Below are positions 36,260-49,144 of a stretch of 64,000 nucleotides of DNA, one piece after another. A program made the translations under genes and the position numbers. The stretch is from Hypanus sabinus (Eukaryota): contig NC_082724.1 in the NCBI RefSeq assembly GCF_030144855.1, positions 48,360,001 to 48,424,000 of the forward strand, written 5' to 3'. The notes under the pieces are model-generated. The model was not told the origin of the DNA. It made no database searches and saw only the letters and a program-made list of their open reading frames with translations. Position 1 is the stretch's first letter, and each line of letters starts with the position of its first letter.

Positions 36260-36639
36260 AATGTCTTCAATTGTACTGATTCTAATTCCAATTCCGATTC
36301 AGTAAAGTGGAAGCAATTTGAGGAATTCAATGTGTCAGATCTCATCTGTGGAGGCAAGTGGGAAGTTGACATTTCTGATGGAGACTATTGAAGTCGACAA
36401 GGTATGAATGGACCAAGCATTAGAGACACAATACATATGGGAATTAGGGATTAAACATGGATGGAACTGGATCAGGACAAATGTTTTTGTTCAGGGATCA
36501 TAAGATTCCATTTTAAGACAAGTTAAACTGTCTTGTCACACAAGAATCAACATTGAGGAAATGTTGTTACTGCAAGGCAGGAAATATTGTTGAAAGAAGG
36601 GTAAGTGAGAAAAAAAAAACAAATTATTGTAGATAGATG

Positions 36640-37070
36640 TAAGCAACACATGTATAACGCTGGAGGAATTTAGTAGGTCAGGCAGGATCTGTGGAAAGGA
36701 ATAAACAGATGACATTTCGGGTTGAGACTCTTTATCAGGATGATGTGAAATGTATTCATTTCTAAGAATTGTAGGTGTAAACAGACATTAGTAGAACCAG
36801 AGTGGTGTCACAAGAGATTGCAGATGCTTGAGTCTGGAGCTCCAAACAAAATGCTGGAAGAACTCAATGGATCAGGCAACATCTGTAGTGGGAAATAGTC
36901 AGTCAGTAATTAGGGTGGAAACCCATCTAGCAGCAGGGTATAAATGCACAACATTTCAGAATTTGGCATATGACACCATTCTAACATGAAAATGCCAAGA
37001 GAAGTCAAGAGAAACACTTTGTCTTCAATGTAGAAGCAAGGTAAGTCCCAGTTAGGCATTCTGAATGTAA
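36640..37070 (-). mobile_element. Penelope terminal-repeat and GIY-YIG remnants
   Basis: Two terminal-repeat pieces (36640-36745 with decayed hammerhead; 36810-36910) plus a degenerate endonuclease-end sequence. Confidence 0.6.
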
Positions 37071-37076
37071 GTATCA

Positions 37077-37890
37077 TCAAAGGTTCAAAGGTCCAATTTA
37101 ATGTCAGAGAAATATACATCCTGAAGTGCTTTTTCTTCGTAACCATCCATGAAAACAGAGGAGTGCTCCAAAGAATGAACGACAGTTAAATGCTAGAACT
37201 CCGAAAACCCCCTCCTGCTCGTAAGCGGCAGGAAGCAATGTTTACACCACCCCCCCCCCCCCGACACCTGTAACAAAAAAGCACTAGGGCCCGCCACCGA
37301 GCACTTAAGTGCGAGCAAAGCAACAGCAAAGACGCAGACTTGAGTTACCCCAAAGACTTTGTGTTTTACCCAGTAAATGACCTACCACAGGCTCTCTCTC
37401 TCCCTAATAAGGGAGAAGGAGATATCTCGGTTTTCCCAGCGAGTGGGGTGACAGAGTAAACAGCTCACTGGTTTACTATCTTAAAAGTCCATTAGGTTGC
37501 TTCTCTTGAGCTCTATGCCTGAAGATCTCAAAGATCCTTGGTCTCCAGGTACCCAGCCACAGATATCCCGACTCCCCCGACGACACACGGGTCTCCTGCC
37601 ATGATATCAAACCTCAATCTGCCTGTCTCCAGAGCCCTGAGATCCTAGGCTTCCAAATCTGAGCCTGACTCTTAGGCCGAGTGCTTGGCATGCTGAACAA
37701 TGGCCGGCTGTGAAATACTGACAGCAAGTCCCATTCCTGCGAAGAACTGAAATCAGTGTGTAACTCCATGTCAGGGTTTTCAAAAGAACCCTGAAAGGGA
37801 AAAATAAAGATATTAAAGATAGAAATAGAGCTGTTTCCAACGATGCAAGCAAAGGAGTCAGCGTTTAGTGCCATCATTACTCCACTCTGC
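37077..37890 (-). mobile_element. Non-autonomous LINE-derived element (Rex-like 5' head and 3' tail)
   Basis: Minus strand starts ...atgatggcact and ends in a (acctttga)2 tail; no coding capacity. Confidence 0.5.
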
Positions 37891-37992
37891 CTCTTCCTTT
37901 TCAGAAACATTTTACCCTAAATATATAGAACATAGTAGGTCATGATTCTCCAGTGAACTCTCCCACATAATCCAGTTTACATTACGCATATA

Positions 37993-38788
37993 CAGTCGGC
38001 CCTCCTTATCCGCGGGGGATTGGTTCCAGGACCCCCCGCAGATACCAAAATTCGCAGATGCTCAAGTCCCTTATTTAACATGTATCATTGTGGTGGTCTT
38101 TAGGACCCAGCGGAACTCCCGACTTTATTTAACGTCTCTGTGTGGTGGACATTAGGACCTGGCGGTACAGCTCTGATTCCGTAGTGTTTCTGTTCTCGAA
38201 CATAATCACGATCGCGATTGAAAATAAGGTGGAAGTAATAAAGTGATCAGAAAGAGGTGAAATGCCATCGGTCATTGTAAAAGCATTAGGCTACAGTTAG
38301 TCAATGATCAGAACAATTTTAATGGAGAATGTGAAAGGCCCTGCCCTGATGAAAGGTACAATTATTACTAAGAAATGCGGTGGTTAAATTATTGAAATAC
38401 ATATGTTTCTTAAGTGTTTTATGTGCATAGAAAGGTAAAATATGTACTATATACAAAGAAAAACATTTGACTAACTGACGCTAAATAATATCGGATGTAC
38501 CTGCTCCGACTTCAAATCCAACTTAAAGAAAAACTCAGGAATGGAACTCATTCATAACCCGGGGACTGCCTGTACTTCTAAGTCATTTCTAGATTACTTA
38601 TATTACCTAATACAATGTAAATGCTATGTAAATAGTTGTTATACTGCATTGTTTAGGGAATAATAACAAGAAAAAATAGTCTGTACATGCTCAAGCAACG
38701 AGTGCTGGAGAGAGAACTTCCGGGTTTTCCCGCTCCGCGGTTGGTTGAATCTGTGCATAAGGAATCCGCGGATAAGGAGGGTAGACTG
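37993..38788 (+). mobile_element. MER2-like Tigger MITE containing the right half of another Tigger element
   Basis: TIRs CAGTCGGCCCTCCTTATCCGCGG / CCGCGGATAAGGAGGGTAGACTG; TA TSD; 38073-38572 is homologous to 2330-2757 + 4053-4153, including its TIR. Confidence 0.88.
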
Positions 38789-38869
38789 TATTGAGATTAA
38801 CTAAAGGTTTGTTGTTTCTGCTGCTCTAGTTCTAAGTGGCTCTTTATCCACTTTTATGAATATGTATGA

Positions 38870-39160
38870 GAGGAGATAGCTATTTGACCTATCATGTCTG
38901 TTCTGTAATCCAATCATGGCTGACTGTATTTTCAGCCCCATTTCTCCTCTATATAAGCTTTAACTCCATTACCAATCAAGAACCTATCAACCTCTTCTTT
39001 AAATGTACCCACCGACCTGGCCTTCACAACCCTCTGTGGCAATGACTTCCACAGACTTACGACATTTTGACCGTAAAAGTTCCTCCTCATCTCAGTTCTT
39101 CAGATGCACCTATGATTCTGAGGCTATGCCCTTAGATTCTAGACCCTCCAACCAATAGAA
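38870..39160 (-). mobile_element. CR1 3' fragment
   Basis: atcatggctga..., accaatcaagaacctatc, ctgtggcaatgacttccacaga. Confidence 0.7.
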
Positions 39161-40539
39161 AAGGAATTTCTGGTCTCAGTCCCACCCAGGTATCACCAAG
39201 GACAAAACTTCTACTTGGTGAACCTGTGCTACAAGCTTATCAGTCTGCTCAATGTTTGCTATCACTTTGAGACATGTAACTCTTGTTTTTCACAGGGATT
39301 TTATTAATGAGTATGGGGATGTGGATTTTGTATTCTTGAACTTGGCTTTAAATTTTTTCTGCTGATTGCATCCAAGGTATAAATATAAAGATTAAAGTTT
39401 CTTCAGTGCAATCTCTGTACTGAGATAATTCTCGTGACTTGCTGCTGCATTTGACACATTTAAGATGATACTCAAAAGCTCTCTAATCTTTCTTCCAGAA
39501 GGAAGCATTGAGAATATTGACACTTAGTGCATGATTCACCGAACACCATTATTTCAGTTCTTAAAACATAAAGGTAAACATGAAGTACAATAAATGTTTA
39601 GCTAGTGATGCAGACTACATTGTGGTCTAAAATTACTTCTCATTTCCAAAGGCTCGTTAAGCTGGCAGTCAAGAAGAAGCCATGCCTGGTTGTGCAGGCA
39701 ACCATCCTACATCCAGCAGTGGTATTCTGTTGCACCTGAAAGCAAGACATGATAGTAAGAGCTCACGTGTGCATACAAGCCTTAACCAGTGGGCTCAAAA
39801 TATTCAGGTATTTTGATGTTATTGCGTTAGTCTGTCAACTCTTGCCCTTGTGTGTTTCACTGGCATTGAGGACCTGAATAACAGAAACCTATTAATTATG
39901 TTTGTTGCTTCCTCTTCTTGTTAAAATATCTTACAAAGCAAATGAAAATATTATATTAAATGTAACATATTTAGGGTAATAGTTTTAAGCATATATTTCA
40001 TTCATAGTAATGTATGCAGTTTGTCATCTCATATCGGTGAATTGACTGCTTGGGAACAGGACCTGTGGATTATTTCACAAGCCAGTCATTTGTTCTGTAT
40101 ACACTTTGCTGAGGAATTCATCTCTACTCACTCATCGTCAATGAAACTGAAATATGTAAGAAGTGTGCATCTGCTACAATAGCGCATTTAGTGTCACCAA
40201 CCAGGGATGAAATTACATCTTGGTAACATGACCTCTATGGTTGGCAAGCATAAACATTTGACAAGGAAACTCTCCTCCTAACAGATCAATCAATGTTTAG
40301 TCCAAGATCATATTGTATTGTTTAAAATTACAATATCATTCACACAATTAATGACTCAGAGCCATTTACCAACAATAAGTCACCTGAGCTCATGGCTGAT
40401 CTAGTTTATACCCCCATATTTTTATTACCAGTGGCTGTCAACTTGCTGCCTGAAGCCACCCGAGGGCATAGTCTGATGCAAAGCATTCACAGGGGTGGCC
40501 AGAGCAAGTCCCTGCAATAAATGGTTGAAAGTTATTGAC

Positions 40540-41430
40540 TGATCATCATCAAGGACCCCCATCATCCAGACCATGCTCTATTCTCACTGCTGTCATAGGG
40601 AAGGAGGTAAAGGAGGCTAAGGTCCCACACTACCAGGTTTACTTGCACAGTTTGTCTTCGTTTGCACATTGTTTGTTGTTTGGAATTTGTGTGTAGTTTT
40701 TCATTAGTACTATCATATTTCTCTGTTCTGCAGTGAATCTCAGCAAGAAAATGAATCTTAAGCTAGTATATGATGACATATACATAGTTTGATAATAATT
40801 TTTTCTTTAATTTTGTACTGATGGCCACTTCCCTGGAAGTTCAAAGTAAATTTATTAATTTATTATCAATGTACATATGTGTCACCATATACAACTCTGG
40901 TATTTATTTTCTTGTGGGCATACTCAATAATTCCATAGAATAACAACCATAACAGACTCATTGAAAGACTGCACTGATTTGGGCATTCAACCAGTGTGCA
41001 AAATACAACAAACTGTGCAAGTATAAGACAAAAGAGATAATAAATACGTAAATAAATAAGCAATAAACATTGAGAACATGTGACAAAGACTCCTTAAAAG
41101 TGAGTCTATAGGTTGTGGGAACATTTCAATGATGAGGCAAGTGAAGTTGTGTGAACTTATCCTCTTTGGTCCAAGAGCCTGATGGTTGAGGGATAATAGC
41201 TGTCCCTGAACCTGGAAGCATGAGTCCTGAGGCTCCTGTACCTTCTTCCTCATGGCAGTAGTGAAAAAGACCGCATCCTGGGTGGTGGAGGTCCTTGATG
41301 AAGGATGCTGCTTTCTTACAACAGATGTGTTCAATAGTGTGGAGGGCTTTATCCATGACGGACTGGGCCGTATCCACTTCTTTTGCGTATTTGCTAACAA
41401 GATACTGGGTAGATACTGGTGTCATCCCTC
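40540..41430. mobile_element. Two Rex1/Babar 3' fragments, tail to tail
   Basis: Plus piece 40540-40820 (IIKDPHHPDHALFSLL) and minus piece 40835-41430 (KKAASFIKDLHHPG). Confidence 0.75.
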
Positions 41431-42639
41431 CCTCTGTGTTTCAGCCTGGCTTGGAGTCCCTCATCCTGCCTTGTTTCTGGCCATGGTGATGAACTTATAT
41501 CCACTTAATGGTGTCATACCTGTCTGGTCCGCAGAAAATCATAAAATCTGTAGATTATTAAGTTGATTTGAAAGTACATTACTTAAAGGGAGATTATACA
41601 GTATGCTGCAAATTGCAGTGAGAGTAATTTGATACAGGTATATCTAAAAGTATTGTTTCAGCTTTCAGAATGTTGTCACGGTTCACTGGAGCCATCTTAA
41701 AGCCAAATAATAAAGATCTCAAGAAATGTACCTCCCTTTCAATATCCTTTACATTGCAAAAAACATGCAAAAATGATTGAATCACTCAAAAAGCAAAACA
41801 CCTACAATATTTAATAAACCTTAAAAGATGTTTAAACAATAAAAATAAATTCACCTGGAAAATTTTGCGATGTGAAAATCCTGAGCATAATGGATCCTGT
41901 GGTGAGTAGTGTCAGAATCTTTTAAAAGGTTCCAGCCAATTATACTGTTACTTGAAGCAAGCCCAATCCTGTTTATTTGTATTTATATATCTGGAGAACT
42001 TTGCCTGGAAATTTTACAAGGTTGTAATTGGAACTGTAGCTGTGCTAACAGAAGCTGCTCTGTATAAGCTGACTCATTCTGTGCAAGAATCCTATGAACA
42101 TATGTTCCACCCACACCACACCACCTCACTCCCACCAAGCAAAGCCTACCTGTGGCGTGATACCCTCAAACTTACATTTGTGCATATTATTATAGGACAA
42201 GTCAGATTTGTTTTGTAAACAAGCCCTGCCAAGGTGTTAGGTGCTGATGAAATGTCAGTACCTTCCAGTGTAATCTCTACAAAAACAGTGAGGATAAGAA
42301 TAGGATGATTTGGAAGATGAATGTAGGGCTGAAGAATTAATGTAGGGGACAGGGTTTCTGCTTTCTGCATCATTGGGATCTCTTCTAAGGTATATATGAT
42401 CTATACAAAAAGTAGAGGTTACATTTAAACTGGAGGGGCTCCTATACCCTTGTAGGCAGATTTGTGAGAGCAGTTAGGAAGGGTTAAATTAATTTGGCAG
42501 CAGAATGGGAACCAGAGCGAAAGGGCTGAGAATGGGGCAGTTGGTGTACAATTAGATACAGTGTGTACTGTGACAGTCAGAAGAACAGGCAGATGACAGG
42601 ATGAGTTGAAATATATATGAATAGTCAATGTCTGCAGTC

Positions 42640-42872
42640 CAGTTGGATGAAGGGTCTAAACCCAAAATATTGACTATTCATTTCCCTCCACAGATACTGC
42701 CTCGCCAGCACTTTCTCATAAACATGGAAGACTCTGCGTATGCTGGAAATCCAGAGTAATAGACACAAAATCCTGGAGGAACTCATAATCCTAATGAAGG
42801 GTCTTGGCCTGAAACAATGACTTTGTTCCTTTCCAGAGAAGCTGCCTGATTTTCTCCATCATCTTCTATGTG
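42640..42872. mobile_element. Cluster of three Penelope terminal-repeat fragments (+,-,+)
   Basis: ggatgaagggtctaaaccc (42645); inverted piece 42720-42785; ctaatgaagggtcttggcctgaaac (42791). Confidence 0.7.
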
Positions 42873-43569
42873 GTTTCTCATCTTTGGTTGGTTAAAAAGT
42901 TTGTATCTGAAACTCTGTACATTGGCAGGTATTTACATTTTCTCTAAATATGCCTAAAATTCAATGGTTTATACAATCAAAGAGGGAGAGAGTAGTGATG
43001 TAAACAGACCTCTCTTTCCTACTATGAGTTGAACGATCAAATAGATGTTTCCATTTCACCTGAGTATAGACTGTGTGAATGTTTTACCTGCTCTTCTTAG
43101 GTAGGGTCAGATTGTCTAGATGAATGATGAACCAGATTTGAGGATCTGAAGTACTTACATCTGTTTCTATGTTATTAAGTTCAGTACCCTTTATGTGAAA
43201 CTTGTAGATTTTTGTCAGCTGTTTTAATGAAATGAGATGGATGGTAACTAATATGTCAATTTGAATTAAGTTTCATTTCCACATGTTGTGAAAGACATGA
43301 ATTGTGGCAGTCCTCCTCCATCCCATTAAATTACTACAGTTACTACGGGCTACATTGACCCAAAGAATGACAAGACAACTTATAATCATTTGGGCAGCAA
43401 TTCCAATGCCCTTTAGAAGCATACAGTCTTGCAGTACACAGAAGGGAAACCTTCATATGTGGACTGGTTGGGGGGGGGGGGCTGTTTTAAGCACAACAAG
43501 CCCGCTAATAATAACAAGAAGATGAGAATTAATAAATATGCTTTAGTAGATTTAGAAATTCAGTGGAAA

Positions 43570-44240
43570 ATGCTTATCCTTCCTCTCAACTCTATTCACC
43601 TGCCTTTTCCTTGTAACCTTTGACTCCATTACTAATCAAAAACCTTTGCTTTAAATATACCCAATGACTTGACTACCACAGGTGTCTGTGGCAATGAATT
43701 CCACAGATTAGCCACTCTCTGGCTAAAGAAATCTCCATTTTAAAATGATTTGCTTCTACTTGGAGTTTGTGTCCTCTAGTTCTAGACTCTCCACTATTGA
43801 AAACCCTCTCCATGTCTACTCAATCCAGACCCTTCAATATTTGGTAAGTTCCAAAGAGATCCTCCCTCTTCCTTCTAAATTCCAGTGAGTACAGGCCCAG
43901 AGCCATTGAATGGTCTTATTTCAAACCTTAACTTGCCAGAATAATTGTTATTATGGGGGCCAAAACTGCTCACCATACTTCAAATGTGGTCGGTGATGCA
44001 CCATCAATAACTCTCTCTGAGATGTGAAGGCAAGATATCAGCTTTTATTGACTGGAAGAAAGAACAAGCAGTGGTTGACCACCGTACTACATCCTGGAGA
44101 CTGAGAGGCCGGGCTCAGGCCTCAATCGCCTTTATACAGGGGTCTGTGGGAGGGGCCACAGGAGCAGTCAGCAGGGGGCGTGTCCAGACAGGTATATGTA
44201 GTTCACCACAGTTGGACCAACATCTTTATAAGCCTTAGCT
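43570..44240 (-). mobile_element. CR1 fragment interrupted by a short LTR
   Basis: tgtggcaatgaattccacagatt, ccagtgagtacaggcccagagcc, caaatgtggtc|...|gaccaa. Confidence 0.75.
43992..44210 (-). mobile_element. Short solo LTR
   Basis: Ends ...gttcaccaCA; minus-strand TATAAA and AATAAA in the expected order; imperfect 4-bp TSD gtcg/gttg. Confidence 0.65.
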
Positions 44241-44268
44241 TTTAATGGCTGTTTCTGGCTGAGATAAT

Positions 44269-44564
44269 ACAAGGTCCTCCCCAACTTATGACATCCAACC
44301 TGTGTACAGCCATACATACAAGTGGGTGCTTTGTTAGATCAACTGGATGGATTTGCTGTCTGCTGCAAGGCTGCAGGCACCTTCTGTCAGGTAGGAACTC
44401 AGTTTACAGTAATACCTGAATGGTGGAGCTAAACACCCTGTTTTAGGTATACTTTGCCCTAGGTTGGCCTCTGCTTTTATTTAAATATTTGATTCAATTT
44501 CTGACTCTGGTAATGAATATGTAGTTCCCAGGAAGAGAACTGTCGTAATCTGGAGAGGAACTGT
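44269..44564. mobile_element. Degenerate Tigger-like MITE
   Basis: TA-caaggtcctccccaacttatgac ... gtcgtaatctggagaggaactg-TA imperfect TIRs. Confidence 0.5.
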
Positions 44565-44857
44565 ACTGAGCTCTATCTTTATTAAGTTCTATCTATGGTG
44601 AGATCCATTTGTTATAGACTTGCTCAAACACTTAACCTATTAATATCTCTTGGATATTGAATGCGTTCATAGCTATAATGCCAAGCTGGAACAGGTTATC
44701 AGATGTAGCAATCAATCGTAGTAGGCAGTTAGGTGGTGTTTAAGTGACTTCTAGATAGACATATGAACATGAAGAAAAAGGACAAATATGAATGACACAT
44801 AGGAGAAGAGAATTTAGTATGATTTGTTACCAAGATCAGCACAACATTGAAAGGTGT

Positions 44858-45143
44858 GGCCCGGTGACGGCGCGGTTAGCGCAATGCTCTTACAGCTTGG
44901 GGTGTCAGAGTTCAGAGTTGAATTCAAGCATGCTGTGTAAGAAAATTTGTACATCCTTCCTGTGTGCATGTGGTTTCCTCCTGGAGCCCCAATTTCCTCC
45001 CACAGTCCAAAGCTGTACAGTTAGTAGGTTAATTGATCATTGTAGCCTGCTGTGTGATTAGGCTAGGGTTAAAATTAGTGGGCTGCTGGGCAGCATGGCT
45101 CAGCGGGCTGGAAGGAACAGTTCTGCTTTGTTGCAATAAATAG
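44858..45143 (+). mobile_element. V-SINE inserted in an old CR1 3' fragment
   Basis: ggtgacggcgcggttagcgc head, gagttgaattc B box, V core ggtttcctcc...tttcctcccacagtccaaag. Confidence 0.75.
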
Positions 45144-46083
45144 ACATAACAATGGGCTGAACAACCTATCCAATACTGTACTACACTATTCTACATTTTA
45201 TGTGCTCTGCTTACAATGCTTCCTTTTCCATCACCCTAGTCATTTATGACTTGTGCAAGCTTATGCCGACTTGTGCAGGTGAACATCCAGAGCTTATTGA
45301 AAAGTTGCCAGAAAGTTTCATCAAGATTCTGCTCTTTAATTCCCAAAAGGGTAGGACATATGGCTAAGTGTAAAACAGTGACAGCTGGAGTTTGCATTAA
45401 CTTGGATGTTAAGTTTACTGATCTAATTTTACTGTCATTACAGACACTAATTTCCCATCCCACTTCCAGTCTGACCTTTTTGTCTGTCACTTCCTGACAA
45501 CAAAACCCAAAGAAAGCTTGAGGAACATCCTTCCAGAATCAATAATAAATTCCCTAACCTTAAGTAATTAGTTTGCTTTTTGCATGAACACCGGTACTAA
45601 TAAAACAAAGTTCATCACTCATAAGCAAAGTTGATGGGCTCTAACTGTATTTAAAATTGACCCAATGAACACATTATTTTAATCTGAACCCTGCAGGAAG
45701 CCTTATTATGAAGCCTGCAATCCAGCTATGAGGCCATTATATGATCATGTATCGGCAGTTCCACTATCCAGAAGCATATATGACTGATCCATGAAACTGC
45801 CATACAAGAATATGAGAACATAGGAAAATAGGAGTAGGTCACTCAGCCTCCCAAACACGTTCCATCACTAAATAAAAGGATGTTTGATGTGCCACAGGCC
45901 TCACATTCTCCTTTTTTCCAGCTCCTCTGAACTCTCAGTCCCCTGTTTTTTTATATATATAAGTATATCTGCTTCTTCTTTAAACACCTCCAGTGATATT
46001 GAGATCAGAGTTTCAGATATTCAACACCTTCTCCATTCCAAAAGCCTCGGTTGAAAATGGGAACTCCCTTATCTTGTAACATA

Positions 46084-46623
46084 CACTCGATGGCCACCTC
46101 TTGTACCTTGTAGCTAGTAAGGTGGCTACTGAGTGTATGTCTATGGTCTTCTGCTGATGTAGCTCACCCACTTCAAGCTTTGACACGTTGTGTGTCCTGA
46201 GATGCTCTTCTGCACACTGCTGTTGTAATGCATGGTTACTGTTGCCTTCCTGCCAGCTTGAACCAGTCTGGCCATTCTCCTCTGACTTCCCTCAATAACA
46301 TGGCATTTTCACCAACAGAACTGCTACTCACTGGACCTTTTTCTGTTCTTCACAATATTCATGTAAACTTTAGAGACTGTGGTGTGTGAAAGACTCAGGA
46401 TTTCAGCAGTTTCTGAGATCCTCAAACCACCCTGTCAGACACCAGCAATGATGCCACTTACATCACAGTTCTTCCCCATTCTGACATTTGGTCTGAACAA
46501 CTGAACCTCTTGACCATGTATGCATGCTTTTATGTATTGAGTTGCAGCCACACGATAGGCTGATTCTGTATTTTCATTAACGAGCAGGTATAGAGATGTA
46601 CCTCATAAAGCAGCCACTAAGTG
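46084..46623 (-). mobile_element. Non-autonomous Tc1/mariner element (same family as 12319)
   Basis: Reverse-complement homology (cttgaaccagtctggccattctcctct); TIR-like ends; extra internal TIR at 46119-46136. Confidence 0.8.
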
Positions 46624-46659
46624 TGGATTTAATGTCTTCTTTAAGTCATAAACTAATAC

Positions 46660-46990
46660 TGATTTGGAAGGTTCAGGAATAATTATTACCCTTAAACCAC
46701 CAAGCTCCCAAAATGTCATGCATCACTTCATACCACTGAACTGAGTCCACAAACTACAGGCTTACTTTCAAGGATTCTACTGCAAAGCATGTTCTTGGTG
46801 TTATTTCATTTATTTATGCAGTTCTCATATTTGATATTGGTCAACCCTTACTTATGTATCGTTTTCATAAACTCCCTTGCATTTCTTTATTTTCCTGTAA
46901 ATGCATTCAAGAAAATGAATCTCAATATAGTATATGGCAATATTTATGGTACATACTTTGATAATAGATGCACTTTGACTCAGACTTTTT
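46660..46990 (+). mobile_element. Rex1/Babar 3' UTR fragment
   Basis: ggttcaggaat..ttattaccct...aagaaaatgaatctcaa..tagtatatgg...tactttgataata, homologous to 40540-41430. Confidence 0.65.
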
Positions 46991-47057
46991 GAATGCAATG
47001 TAGAACAAATCCTTAAAGGCAGTTCCAGTTGACAGCAACTAGTTCTTTGCATCCTGA

Positions 47058-47647
47058 TGTGACCCTTAGGTTCGGCTGGAATGTGTTTGTCCAGGGGAAG
47101 ACAGCCTCTGGCCCAGCCAACCTGAGAAATCTCATTTGTGTGGCTGCTGTGTGATGTGTTGCTCGGTTACAGATCCAAACTGCAAATATCAGACAGTACA
47201 CTATATACAATTAAGCAAGTGAAGTTTATAAACCTTAATTTGACTGTAGGGTTAGTAAAGAAAATAAAAAGAAAAAGGACCCATTTTAATGAAACAGTCT
47301 AAAGTGCATGTTGGAGCTTGTGATTTGTCTAGTCATTTCCCATTAACGTCCTCCAAGCATCACCAACCTTCGCACCCTCATTCCTAGTCCACTCCGTCCG
47401 ACGGTCTACCAACTCTCTCCACTCATGTCCTCTCTCTTCATCTCTTGTCGACAAAAGACCGCAAGCCCCTTGCTCCTAGACCCACAAGAAAGAACAACAT
47501 GCCTCTCATTGGCTAACATACATTCCAAAGGCCCCATTATCTCTAGTCATAACCCAAACATTACTGCTACAGAGAAACCATTACCTTAGCAGTGGAACAT
47601 TACAGAGAGGCCATTACATCAGCAGTAAAACCTTACAGAGCGTTACA
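47058..47647 (-). mobile_element. Solo LTR (related to 17674/27118 family)
   Basis: TG...CA ends; near-TSD CTGA/CTTA; shares revcomp motif aatgggtccttttt...tctttactaaccct. Confidence 0.78.
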
Positions 47648-49144
47648 CTTAGATTTGGAATCAGTTTCAGTATATAGAGGTATTTACAGAAACTGTACCA
47701 TTAGGTTATTTAGATCTTCCCATCTAGAACCAGTAAACAGAACACAGTTGAAACATTGTAGGTATTCAGCAGCTTTGTATGGTATTTGACAATTTCTTAC
47801 ATTGTTCTTTCTATCTTCCTATCTCTCACTCCACCTTTAAGACTCTCATTGAAACCAATTTTTTAGGTCTCACTCAATATATCATCATTTCACTCAGCAA
47901 TTATATCACTTCTGAACTCTAAATTTCAACTAGTTGCTTCTTCAGATAGTTTAAAGGAGCTCAAAATGATAGGAAATTTGATAAGAGAATTGTTACCTCT
48001 CATGCAATGCCAGTAAACATTCTTTGCAGAGTTAAGATGAGCAACAAAAAGACAGAAAAATACGGTGAGAATGTTGGAACAGACCGTAAGAAAAGATAAT
48101 GAAAAGCAATTAACTTAATATTCACGTATATAGTAAATGGGGAACTGTGGGGAAAGAGCAAGGAAGTGTGGCAGAATAAACAGCTCCTTCAATGAGATAG
48201 TACAGGAATGATAGGCTAAGTAGCCTCCTTCAATGCTGTAAAATTCCATTGTGGCTATGTAAAGTGGGTGCTGCTTTGAAAAACAGTGAACTTTTGCAGG
48301 ATTTTTCTTTCCCTTCCTGGTTCATGTCACTTGTTGTTGATAAATATGATAAAATATTAGGATCAGCGGATTGACACAAGTTATCTGTTTTGACAGAAAG
48401 ACATTGTTAGGAAGAAGATGCAATGGCCAAATAACATGTAATGAGACAGGCTTTCACTTTCCAAAGATAGTCAAGATAACAATAGTCTCTATGTTTTGAC
48501 AATAACTTTCAGAATTTGACAAATAACCAACCAGCAACAGAATGAATATTTTATCCAGCACAATAAAAAATAATTCTGATTAATGATGATCCGGCAATTA
48601 TGTAATGATAATTTGCTGAAGTAAGGAGAAAAAGCCCTTTCCTTGGGCCACAATTTTCCAATCAACTAAATTACAACTCAAATAGGCAAATTAGCATGAA
48701 TTGCCTTTCCTGAAGTTATGATGGCCCATGTTCGTCCCCCACCTGTTCTCTGCACTATACTTGCTACTTGCCCAACATATCTACTTCAGCATCACATTAC
48801 CCTGCAGCAGGAATGTCAGAAGACTCCATGACACCTGACTGGATAATTCTTGACTGTTACCCAAATAGCCTTGGTCACTCTCCCCATATGGATCTGAGAG
48901 AAATATTTCAATTGATAAAAGGTCATTGATAAACAAGAAGTGATTCTGTCTGGAAGAAGAGTCAGGAACCAGGCTGGGAATAGATTGAACATAAAAAGCA
49001 TGAAACCAAAGGAGGAGTAAGTCTATTCTACCTATTTCACAATTCATTAGATCATGCATACTCTTTTATCTCAGAACTCCATTCCTTTGCTAAACTTTTA
49101 TCCGTTAATACTTAAATAATCATTTCCTCTCTGTTGTTGAATAC

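Noticed and set aside
35971-36372. ORFs containing X runs
   Set aside because: Artefacts of the 160-N gap.
39650-39740. Exon-like segment on either strand
   Set aside because: All frames hit stop codons before a convincing donor; no homology recognised.
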